Assembly (NCBI GenBank): GCA_020429915.1
Contig: JAGQKV010000002.1
Span: forward strand, 329,552 to 393,551
DNA: 64,000 bases
Origin: Candidatus Omnitrophota bacterium
Lineage (GTDB): Bacteria > Omnitrophota > Gorgyraeia > Zapsychrales > Zapsychraceae
Direction of reading: 5' to 3'
This document shows positions 27,831-36,194 of the stretch, piece by piece. The notes beneath the pieces were generated by a model. That model was not told the DNA's origin. It worked only from the letters and a program-made list of their open reading frames with translations, and searched no databases. Numbering within the stretch: position 1 is the first letter of the stretch; the number at the start of each line of letters is the position of its first letter. Position numbers and translations under genes: made by a program.

Positions 27831-29546
27831 TTAGCCTATCTCATCGTGAGTGACGCGCAGCACTTCCTGGGGAGTGGTCAGCCCCAGTTTGACTTTCTCC
27901 CACCCGTTATGGTTCAAAGTCCGCATGCCGCGCCGGAGCGCGAGCTTTTTGATATCACCCGCTGTCGCCCGGTTGATGATCAAACTCTGAATTTCATCAT
28001 TGAGAACGAGGAACTCGTAGATCCCCTCCCGACCGCTGTAACCGGAGAATTTGCAGGCTTCGCATCCGGCACTGTCATAAATGACATCACCCTCCTTGAT
28101 TCCCACCAACGGATCAATATCCTCCAGCATACTGCCGGTTACCGTCACCGGCATGCGGCATTCGGGACATATCTTGCGCACCAAGCGCTGGGCGATAAAA
28201 CACTGCACCGTACTGGTAATCAGGTAAGGTTCGATCCCCATATCCAGCAACCGCGCAACTCCGCTGGCGGCATCATTGGTATGAAGCGTGGAAAAAACGA
28301 GGTGTCCGGTCAAAGCGATCTGAACCGCGATCTCCGCCGTTTCCCGGTCACGGACCTCCCCGACCATCATCACATCCGGGTCCTGGCGCAACATCGAACG
28401 CAGTCCGTTGGCAAAGGTCAGTTTGATTTCCGGATTCACCTGAATCTGTGTAATACCCGGCAGCTGATACTCGATGGGGTCTTCAATGGTAATGATCTTC
28501 TTCTCGTCACTGTTGATCGAGGAGAGGGCGGCGTACAAAGTTGTCGTCTTCCCCGAACCGGTGGGACCTGTCAAAAAGATTATGCCGTGCGGTTTGCTGA
28601 GTAAATTATCGACGATATGCCGTTCGCCGGGAGAAAACCCCAAATCGTCGAGCCTATAGAGCGTCGTTGTGTTCAGGAGGCGCATGACCACCGTTTCACC
28701 GTGCGGTGTCGGCATGAATGATATGCGCAAATCGATATCGATATCCTTAATGCGGACCTTGAACCGCCCGTCCTGCGGCCGTCGTTTTTCGGCAATATTC
28801 AGGTTAGATAAAATCTTGATGCGAGAGTTGATTGAATCCTTGAAATATTTAATATTCGACGGGGCCTTAGCGTCGAACAACACACCGTCAACCCGATAAC
28901 GTATACGCAGTTGGTCTTCAAAAGGTTCGATGTGAATATCCGAAGCGCGCTCCTGATAAGCTTCCAGTAATATTTGATTCAAGAATTTGCTGATCGAGGC
29001 CTCAGAATCCTGTTCGTCGATCTCCTCGACCACCGACTCAGCAATCTCGGTTTGCACGCCGCCCATCATCTTGTCGATGGTCTCCGCCCCCAGCCCGTAA
29101 TATTTGCGGATGGCCTCCAGGATATCCTTTTCACTCGTGCGGATCGGTTTCAAGCGGTACTTTACCACCAGTTGCAATTCATCCAGGGTTTGCACGTCCT
29201 CCGGATCGACCATGGCGATGCTTAAAACATTGTCATTCAACTGGACCGGTATGACCTTGTAATGATTGGCAAACTTGGAAGGAATCAAATCGATAACGGG
29301 TCGCGGGATTTCTGCTGTCTTCAGTTGAAGGCCTCCGGCGGCTCCTGAGTTTGCAGTGGAAAGAGACCGGTTCTGCTCGGCCTTCATGAACCCCATCTCC
29401 ACAAGGAGTTCCCCGAGACGTTCCCCACGCCCGTTTTGTTGGGCCTCCAGGGCCAGCTCCAGTTGATGCGGGGTGATGATGCCGCGCTCCAAAAGTTTTT
29501 GTCCGTACAAAGGCTGTCCGTCATTGTTGTCATTTGCTCTGATCAT
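27831..29546 (-). CDS. gspE: T2SS ATPase GspE
   Basis: 571 aa; GspE N-terminal domain, Walker A GPTGSGKTT, Asp box, His box, tetracysteine motif (CPECRMP...CEAC). Confidence 0.95.
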   Translation of the reverse strand: MIRANDNNDGQPLYGQKLLERGIITPHQLELALEAQQNGRGERLGELLVEMGFMKAEQNRSLSTANSGAAGGLQLKTAEIPRPVIDLIPSKFANHYKVIPVQLNDNVLSIAMVDPEDVQTLDELQLVVKYRLKPIRTSEKDILEAIRKYYGLGAETIDKMMGGVQTEIAESVVEEIDEQDSEASISKFLNQILLEAYQERASDIHIEPFEDQLRIRYRVDGVLFDAKAPSNIKYFKDSINSRIKILSNLNIAEKRRPQDGRFKVRIKDIDIDLRISFMPTPHGETVVMRLLNTTTLYRLDDLGFSPGERHIVDNLLSKPHGIIFLTGPTGSGKTTTLYAALSSINSDEKKIITIEDPIEYQLPGITQIQVNPEIKLTFANGLRSMLRQDPDVMMVGEVRDRETAEIAVQIALTGHLVFSTLHTNDAASGVARLLDMGIEPYLITSTVQCFIAQRLVRKICPECRMPVTVTGSMLEDIDPLVGIKEGDVIYDSAGCEACKFSGYSGREGIYEFLVLNDEIQSLIINRATAGDIKKLALRRGMRTLNHNGWEKVKLGLTTPQEVLRVTHDEIG

Positions 29547-29692
29547 GGCATTCTATCCGTTGAAGGCCGATTCCCCCCCCTGCCCGTTGTTATGCGTTCG
29601 CTGCTCTTCGCTGATGACAGGCGGCAATATTTGGCACGATGATTTAGTTGATACGTCAAAACAGACGTTTACCGGGCCAAGATGTAACAGGA

Positions 29693-29721
29693 TTATATCA
29701 AAATTGTCGAAAACCGTAAAA
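29693..29721 (-). promoter_or_regulatory. Candidate sigma70 promoter (TTTACG-N17-TATAAT with TGn extended -10) for the gsp operon
   Basis: Minus strand reads TTTACGgttttcgacaattttgaTATAAT about 150 nt upstream of the gspE ATG. Confidence 0.3.
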
Positions 29722-29812
29722 AACTAAATTTTTGCCCAATATTTAGGCACAATCTGACGTATTTCTAGGCAGGATAAGATCCACTCTAATGTATGGAAGC
29801 GTATACCGGAGG

Positions 29813-31447
29813 CTATGACAGTTGGGGACCAGCAGCTTCAAGGGCCTTGCCCATGCTGGAGTCGGTAAACGTCTTGAAGTTGTCGACAAACATCTGGGCC
29901 AACTTGCGGCAGACACGATCGTATTCTTCTTTGTTCTCCCAGGCGTCACGTGGGTTGAGTTGGGACTTCAGACCGGAAAGGCCCTTCGGGATGTCCAGAT
30001 TCAACGTGTGCAGATGCTCGTATTCGGCACTGTCTAATTCCCCGTTGAAGATATGGTCTATGATTATCCGGTTATCTGTGATCGGGAAACGATGACCAAC
30101 ACCGTACTGGCCCCCCACCCAGCCAGTATTGATTAGGTAGGCGCTGGAGCCGTGCAGGTCCATCTTTTCGGCAAGGATTTCGGCGTACTTCACCGGATGT
30201 ACGGTCAAAAACGCCTTACCGAAGCATGCCGAAAAGGTGGCTTGCGGTTCGGTCACCCCGAGTTCGGTGCCGGCAACCTTGGCGGTGTAACCACTTAGGT
30301 AATGGTACATCGCTTGCTCTTTGCTCAGTCGGGCCACCAGCGGCAATACGCCGAAGGCATCGCAGGTGAGAAATATGATGTTTTTGGGATGCGTCCCTTT
30401 GGATATCGGTTTTACGATATTTTCGATATGGTAAATGGGGTAGGAGACCCGGGTGTTCTGAGTTTTCTTGGCCGACGCGAAATCAATGTGACCTTCGGCG
30501 TCGATATCAACATTCTCCAACAAGGCGTCGCGCTTGATGGCCCGGTAGATATCCGGCTCTCTCTCTTCGGTAAGATTGATGCATTTCGCATAGCAGCCAC
30601 CTTCGAAATTAAAAACGCCCTCATCGTCCCAGCCATGTTCGTCGTCTCCGATCAATGCGCGTTTGGGATCCGTGGAAAGACTCGTCTTTCCCGTGCCCGA
30701 AAGGCCGAAAAAGAGTGCCGTGTCACCGGAGCGGCCCTGGTTCGCCGAACAATGGAACGCCCCGATCCCCTTCAGCGGCAAAAAGTAATTCATAATTGAG
30801 AAGATCCCCTTCTTGATCTCTCCTCCGTACCACGTTCCCCCGATACAGGTCATCCGTTCCTTGATGTTAAACGCCACAAACACCTCCGAACGCATATTGT
30901 GCTTCTCAAAATCGGAAAAGGTGGTTCCGCACGCGTTAAGAATTGTCCAGTCCGGCTGGAAATCCCACAATTCCTCCTCGGTCGGGCGGATAAACATATT
31001 CTTGAAGAAATGCGCCATCCACGGCACCTCGGTGATCAGACGGATTTTCATACGTGTATCAAGGTTGGCGCCGCAAAAGCCGTCCATAACGTAGAGCTTT
31101 TTACCCGACAATTCTTCAACCGAAATCTTCTTGAGGATCTCCCAGGCCTCCGGGGAAAGAGGTTTATTGTCGGACCCTGACGGATTTCCGTTAGCCCACC
31201 AAACCGTATCACGCGTAAGATCGTCTTCCACGATATACTTATCCTTGGGAGAACGTCCCGTAAACGATCCGGTCTCCACGGCCACGGCCCCGAGCTTGGA
31301 AACAACCCCTTTCTTCAGTCCGAGCATCTCCGGATGAAGCTCATGAGCGTACAAGTCGTCATAGCTCAGGTTATAGAAAATATCCTTGCTGTTTTGAATC
31401 CCCAGTTTATCCAGATTAACCTGCACTTGCGTCTGTTCTTTTTCCAT
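29813..31447 (-). CDS. pckA: Phosphoenolpyruvate carboxykinase (ATP)
   Basis: 544 aa; [13 protein letters not shown] kinase-1a motif, [16 protein letters not shown]. Confidence 0.95.
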   Translation of the reverse strand: MEKEQTQVQVNLDKLGIQNSKDIFYNLSYDDLYAHELHPEMLGLKKGVVSKLGAVAVETGSFTGRSPKDKYIVEDDLTRDTVWWANGNPSGSDNKPLSPEAWEILKKISVEELSGKKLYVMDGFCGANLDTRMKIRLITEVPWMAHFFKNMFIRPTEEELWDFQPDWTILNACGTTFSDFEKHNMRSEVFVAFNIKERMTCIGGTWYGGEIKKGIFSIMNYFLPLKGIGAFHCSANQGRSGDTALFFGLSGTGKTSLSTDPKRALIGDDEHGWDDEGVFNFEGGCYAKCINLTEEREPDIYRAIKRDALLENVDIDAEGHIDFASAKKTQNTRVSYPIYHIENIVKPISKGTHPKNIIFLTCDAFGVLPLVARLSKEQAMYHYLSGYTAKVAGTELGVTEPQATFSACFGKAFLTVHPVKYAEILAEKMDLHGSSAYLINTGWVGGQYGVGHRFPITDNRIIIDHIFNGELDSAEYEHLHTLNLDIPKGLSGLKSQLNPRDAWENKEEYDRVCRKLAQMFVDNFKTFTDSSMGKALEAAGPQLS

Positions 31448-31574
31448 GATTTAACTCCCATGTATAATCGTTACGGAATCGTCGCCATTACGTGTTTGAC
31501 AGACGACGGATCCCTATTCTACAGTTGATATCCCCAAAAAACAACCGTGACGCCCCGGGCCGCCCCCCCCCTGA

Positions 31575-33932
31575 TTATGCGGGGGCATTGGACATGGTCA
31601 CGGATTCCTTGGGCTTGAGAGCGACCTCTTCGCCCCGGTGTTTAATGATAAAATTTGACCCAGCCCGCATAGAGTAGCGAGTTTCCTTTTGATTCATTTC
31701 AATATCCACGGTCCGGCCGCGCAGGACCAGGCTGAATTTAAGATGTTCCACGTATCCTCCGAGATGGGGATCAAAGCTGAAGGCACCGTTGTCGTCCCGG
31801 AATCCGGCAATTCCGTAGATCGCGCACAACCAAGCCCCGCCCATAGCAGCAATATGCGCCCCGTCTGCGACATTCCCACCGACATCGGCAAAGTCGATGA
31901 GAATATTGTGGCGAAAATACCGCTCGGCCAAGTCGTCATAGCCGAGCTCCGCGGCCATGATCCCCTGCGCACAAGCCGACAATGAAGAATCGCCGGTGGT
32001 CAACGGATCATAGTAATCAAAATTGCGCTTCTTTTCGTACGGTGTAAATTCTTCGTTCAACAAAAACATGGCCATGACGACGTCAGCCTGCTTGATGACC
32101 TGATGCCGGTACAATACCAGCGGGTGGTAATTCAGCAAAAGTGGGTATTTGCTTTCTGGCGTGTTCTTAAAGTCCCACACGTCCCGTTTGAGAAAATTAT
32201 CGTCCTGGGGATGGATCTCGGCTTCCTTGTCATAGGGGATGTACATCCCGTCCGCCGCCTTTTTCCATTCCTCGATTTCCTCGGGTTCCAAACGGGTTTC
32301 GCGAAGCAATTTGATAAACTTCTTGGGACTGTTGTCTTGCAGCTGCTGCACCGCTGTTACCGCATTGTGAAGATTTCGCCGGGCCATCATGTTGGTGTAA
32401 AGATTGTTGTTCACAATCGCGGTATACTCATCCGGACCGGTCACTCCGTGAATATGAAACTCTCCGTTGCTACCGTGCGGAAAAGCACCCAGATCGTACC
32501 ACAGGCGCGCCGTGTCAATCAGCATCTCAACACCGTAATCATCCATAAAGGCCGTGTCTTCCGTGGCGTCGACATATTTGCGTAACGCGTACATGATATC
32601 GGCATTAATGTGATACTGCGCCGTACCCGCCGCGAAATAGGCCGATGATTCCTCTCCGTTGATGGTCCGCCACGGAAACAACGCGCCTTTTTGATTAACC
32701 TGGCGCGCCCGGGTACGCGCCTTGTTCAGAATGCTGTGCCGGAACTTCAGCAGATTCCTGGCTATACGCGGCTCCGTGTAGATGAGAAACGGCAGCACGA
32801 AAATCTCGGTATCCCAAAAATAGTGTCCGTCATACGCCGATCCCGTGAGCCCCCGGGCCCCAATCCCGGTCCCCTCCGCCCGCGCAGCGGCCTGCCACAC
32901 ATGGAACAGGTTGAAGCGCATCATCTGCTGGACCCGCGGATCGCGGGTCTTGATCTCAATATCACTGATATCCCAAAATTTGGACATGTAGACACGCTGG
33001 TCGTCGACAATCTTCTGATAGCCCATATCAATCGCGTTGGACAACGTACGCTCACAACGGTCCGACAAATCCCGCGGATCCGCGCTGCGCGAAGTGTGAT
33101 ACGTAATGAATTTTGTAATCTCTATAGGAGAATTGGGTTTGGCGTAGATGTTGTAGATAATCTTGACTTCGTGTTCGGCTTTGGTGACATGCTGGTTAAA
33201 AACATTCTCGGTTTGGATAATATGATCCACGCCGCATCCCATCGTCATCCCGCTCTGTTTGGTGCGATATCCGTATATCATGCGATTATCCCGGTGACGC
33301 TGCAGTTCAATGTCGAAAACCGGACTCTCGAAGCGTCCGGCCTTGCGCGGATCATGAATCGCACTGTGCTCAAACTGCTCGTCCTCGAAATGGATCAGCT
33401 TGGAAGACAAAATGATATTGGCTGCGGCATTCAGGACGGTCAAATTGTAACGGATCACGGCCAGATGGCGATACTCCATGGAAACCATGCGGGTGGAATG
33501 AATCAGCACCTGCTTTCCGGTCGGCGTCTCCCAGAGCAATTCCCTTTCCAGCAAGGCCTCCTTCATATTTAACGCCCGCTCGTACTTGAGCAAATGGGCG
33601 ACGGGCAGATAAAACGGTTCGTCGTCCACATACAGCTTGATAATCTTGGCGTCCGGCACATTGACCATCGATTGTCCGGTCTCGGCGAAACCGAAGGCCT
33701 TTTCCCCGTAATTAATGGGGAAAGATTCAAAGAATCCGTTGATAAACGTACCGCGCTGAAAAGTCGGTTTGCCTTCATCCACATTTCCGCGCAGCCCCAG
33801 ATAGCCGTTGGAAACCGAAAAAACAGTCTCGTTGTGGGGCATGAATTGATCCAGAAACTCCGTCTGTACAATTCGCCACGGATCCACCGGATAGATGTCA
33901 TCAGGAGGCAAAATGATTTTATGTTCTCTCAT
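31575..33932 (-). CDS. Glycoside hydrolase family 65 phosphorylase (kojibiose/trehalose/maltose phosphorylase family; substrate not assignable)
   Basis: 785 aa; N-terminal pattern FSVSNGYLGLRGNVDEG is typical of GH65, which also has a central (alpha/alpha)6 domain. Confidence 0.85.
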   Translation of the reverse strand: MREHKIILPPDDIYPVDPWRIVQTEFLDQFMPHNETVFSVSNGYLGLRGNVDEGKPTFQRGTFINGFFESFPINYGEKAFGFAETGQSMVNVPDAKIIKLYVDDEPFYLPVAHLLKYERALNMKEALLERELLWETPTGKQVLIHSTRMVSMEYRHLAVIRYNLTVLNAAANIILSSKLIHFEDEQFEHSAIHDPRKAGRFESPVFDIELQRHRDNRMIYGYRTKQSGMTMGCGVDHIIQTENVFNQHVTKAEHEVKIIYNIYAKPNSPIEITKFITYHTSRSADPRDLSDRCERTLSNAIDMGYQKIVDDQRVYMSKFWDISDIEIKTRDPRVQQMMRFNLFHVWQAAARAEGTGIGARGLTGSAYDGHYFWDTEIFVLPFLIYTEPRIARNLLKFRHSILNKARTRARQVNQKGALFPWRTINGEESSAYFAAGTAQYHINADIMYALRKYVDATEDTAFMDDYGVEMLIDTARLWYDLGAFPHGSNGEFHIHGVTGPDEYTAIVNNNLYTNMMARRNLHNAVTAVQQLQDNSPKKFIKLLRETRLEPEEIEEWKKAADGMYIPYDKEAEIHPQDDNFLKRDVWDFKNTPESKYPLLLNYHPLVLYRHQVIKQADVVMAMFLLNEEFTPYEKKRNFDYYDPLTTGDSSLSACAQGIMAAELGYDDLAERYFRHNILIDFADVGGNVADGAHIAAMGGAWLCAIYGIAGFRDDNGAFSFDPHLGGYVEHLKFSLVLRGRTVDIEMNQKETRYSMRAGSNFIIKHRGEEVALKPKESVTMSNAPA

Positions 33933-34122
33933 CGTTTTATATTGATCCTTACGGGTAGTGGTTTTTCAGGCAGGAAACCTTGCGTTCAAGCCTTTGTTAT
34001 AACACTCCTACGGCCGAATTGCGATTCAAAAATTGGATTTGATTGACGGCCGGCGGCAGATCAACCTCTGGGACAGAGGAATTTCCGGCAGACGAGGAGC
34101 ATATTGAGGCAGAATGCCATCA

Positions 34123-34146
34123 CGGCAGTATACTGCTGCCGTTTTT
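34123..34146 (+). terminator. Orphan hairpin (CGGCAG-loop-CTGCCG) followed by T5 on the plus strand in the GH65/regulator intergenic region
   Basis: 6-bp stem, 7-nt loop, TTTTT; it is followed by a second GC hairpin (CGGGCGG...CCGCCCG, 34148-34168) 4 nt after the regulator stop. No annotated plus-strand gene lies upstream. Confidence 0.25.
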
Positions 34147-34171
34147 CCGGGCGGGGATGCACCGCCCGCGG

Positions 34172-34777
34172 TTACTTTAACTGCTTCGCCTGTTGCCGTG
34201 GTGCCCGAATTTCCCTGATTTTGGCAAGCAGGTCTTCGTTGCTGAATGGCTTGAGCAGAAAGGCATCGGCGCCGATTTGCTTCATCTTGGTCGGCAGATT
34301 CGTGTCCGCATCCGCCGTTATGGCCAAGATTTTAACATTCTTATGTTCAGGACACGAACGGATACTTTCGCAAACGTCAATTCCGCTGATACCGGGCATA
34401 CGGATATCCAGGATGACAACGTGGGGTTTGAATTGTACAAATTTTGTCCCGGCCGAAAAACCGCCGTACGCGGTATCCACCTCAATATTATCCTGCAGAC
34501 ACAGGTAACGCTTGAGGGCGGAGACCATCTGCTTATCGTCATCAACGATCAGCACGCGGTCTTTTCCGTTGTCAGAGCCTCCGGTTAGCTCTTCATCCAC
34601 AGGAATATTATATTCACGGCAAAAATCGATAAAATCGTGGATCAGGACGCGCGTATGGCGGCCCGGAGTTTGGTAGGCCTTGATCTTTCCCTGGATGACC
34701 CAATCCAGAACGGTACGGTGGGTTACCTGACAGTAGTCGGCGATATCCCCGGTCGTCAACGCCTTTTTCATACCCAT
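34172..34777 (-). CDS. Response regulator with N-terminal excisionase/MerR-like HTH (HTH_17) DNA-binding domain and C-terminal receiver domain
   Basis: 201 aa; MGMKKALTTGDIADYCQVTHRTVLDWVIQGKIKAY (HTH) then VLIVDDDKQM...VVILDIRMPGISG receiver; paralog of 12758-13180. Confidence 0.85.
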   Translation of the reverse strand: MGMKKALTTGDIADYCQVTHRTVLDWVIQGKIKAYQTPGRHTRVLIHDFIDFCREYNIPVDEELTGGSDNGKDRVLIVDDDKQMVSALKRYLCLQDNIEVDTAYGGFSAGTKFVQFKPHVVILDIRMPGISGIDVCESIRSCPEHKNVKILAITADADTNLPTKMKQIGADAFLLKPFSNEDLLAKIREIRAPRQQAKQLK

Positions 34778-34919
34778 TCCCCTTTGTTGGTGAAGAACAA
34801 TCTTGTCTATATGGCACTACATCTGATAGATGGGTGGTCTTGCCGAGCCGAGTTCCCCGCCCACCGCAGGTTCAAGAAGTTCCCAAAATACTGCTTTCTT
34901 CCTGAGTTCGGCCTCTTCT

Positions 34920-34948
34920 AATATATGGAAACTCTACACTTGTGTCAA
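34920..34948 (-). promoter_or_regulatory. Candidate sigma70 promoter TTGACA-N17-TATATT upstream of the HTH-receiver regulator
   Basis: Minus strand reads TTGACAcaagtgtagagtttccaTATATT; same architecture as the promoter at 13236-13264. Confidence 0.4.
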
Positions 34949-34994
34949 GCTCTATGCCGCGCCCCCTCAAACATGCCGCATCGGGCCGCCGTCC

Positions 34995-35681
34995 CTATCG
35001 AGGCCCCTGCTCCTGCGCCCACATGCGGCTCCTTTGCTCCATCTCCTGCCGAAAAGCCTCCACGGTTTCCCGATGAATCTTCGGCCAATCTTCAGCAGGC
35101 AGGCTGAAGGGCTGGTCATCCCTGAGGCTCATTCCGTTCTGCGCCGCCTTCACCGCCCGCGCGGTCCGCATGCCGTGCAGATTAATCCAGCGGTGATCAT
35201 AATTGTGCGGTGTATCATACTCAAATTGAGTAACATGGGCGATAATTTGCCGGAAGGTGGGAAGCTGTTCACGGGCATACTGCTCAATGTTGCCGCCGAA
35301 CTTGGTGGCCATAATCTTTAATGCGGCATGCACGGACTCATCCGTGCAACGGTTGGCATCATATTGCGCGCGCAACAATGCGGCGTAAAACCAAAACATC
35401 GCCTCGGTACGCCGGTCTGATTCATACAACTTGTCGGAGAGGACGAACATCACCGCCGGTGAGTATATGTCGGGATGTGCAAGAATATGCTTGAAGAGGC
35501 CTTCCGGTCGAATCCCTTTTTCCTTCCGGAGTTCGTCAACGGCACGGTTTTGAAGCTGCACGTCAATATCCGCGTAAGGTGTCTCCCGGATTAAATCCTG
35601 CAAATCCAGGGCCGACGCGCGCGATCCGCCCGAAGTCAGCAACAAGGCCAGGACAATCGGCATCACAAATTTGGCAGCCAT
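34995..35681 (-). CDS. Hypothetical secreted protein
   Basis: Start at ATG 35681 (MAAKFVMPIVLALLLTSGGSRASA signal peptide) preceded by an AAGGAGG SD; no recognised domain. Confidence 0.5.
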   Translation of the reverse strand: MAAKFVMPIVLALLLTSGGSRASALDLQDLIRETPYADIDVQLQNRAVDELRKEKGIRPEGLFKHILAHPDIYSPAVMFVLSDKLYESDRRTEAMFWFYAALLRAQYDANRCTDESVHAALKIMATKFGGNIEQYAREQLPTFRQIIAHVTQFEYDTPHNYDHRWINLHGMRTARAVKAAQNGMSLRDDQPFSLPAEDWPKIHRETVEAFRQEMEQRSRMWAQEQGPR

Positions 35682-35713
35682 CCGGCCTCCTTTCAATTCT
35701 CCCCGAAGAGGGG

Positions 35714-36184
35714 TCATCGGTTCGGTAAGAAAGACATGTTCATCCGACGCAGCATATTTTGATCGTAGCGCCGCGGCGAAACGTGAAATCGGCGCGGCTC
35801 ATGAATACGTATAACCGGATTCAGCAGCGATTGAGCCTGATCGAACCGGTTTTGCATGTCGGTCAGTTGTTGATCCGAAACGCCACGTTCTGCCATATCT
35901 TCCAAAAACGTCTGGGTAAAACTGATCTCCAGGCCGGCCATTTCCACGCTGATCACGCAACTGAGATCCGATGCCCCCAAGATTTCATGACGAAAGCAGT
36001 AGGTTTGGCGGGATACGGCTCCGGCCTGCCGGCGTTCACAAGAGCGCAAAGCGGCCGGCCGGCACTGGCGGACAGCTTGGAGAAAACACCCCTCGTCTTC
36101 GCCGCACTCCACCGCACCGGACTCCGCGGCCATGGCGATCACCGGCTGGATTGCGATCAGGCAAACAAGGATGTATCGGAGCAT
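35714..36184 (-). CDS. Hypothetical secreted protein
   Basis: 156 aa; MLRYILVCLIAIQPVIAMA signal peptide; begins 10 nt after the glgP stop. Confidence 0.45.
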   Translation of the reverse strand: MLRYILVCLIAIQPVIAMAAESGAVECGEDEGCFLQAVRQCRPAALRSCERRQAGAVSRQTYCFRHEILGASDLSCVISVEMAGLEISFTQTFLEDMAERGVSDQQLTDMQNRFDQAQSLLNPVIRIHEPRRFHVSPRRYDQNMLRRMNMSFLPNR

Positions 36185-36194
36185 ACTTATGGCG

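Noticed and set aside
29629-29650. Sigma54-like TGGCAC-N5-TTTAG on the plus strand
   Set aside because: The -12 element (TTTAG versus TTGC) is poor, and it is oriented away from the gsp operon toward the 3' end of pckA (antisense).
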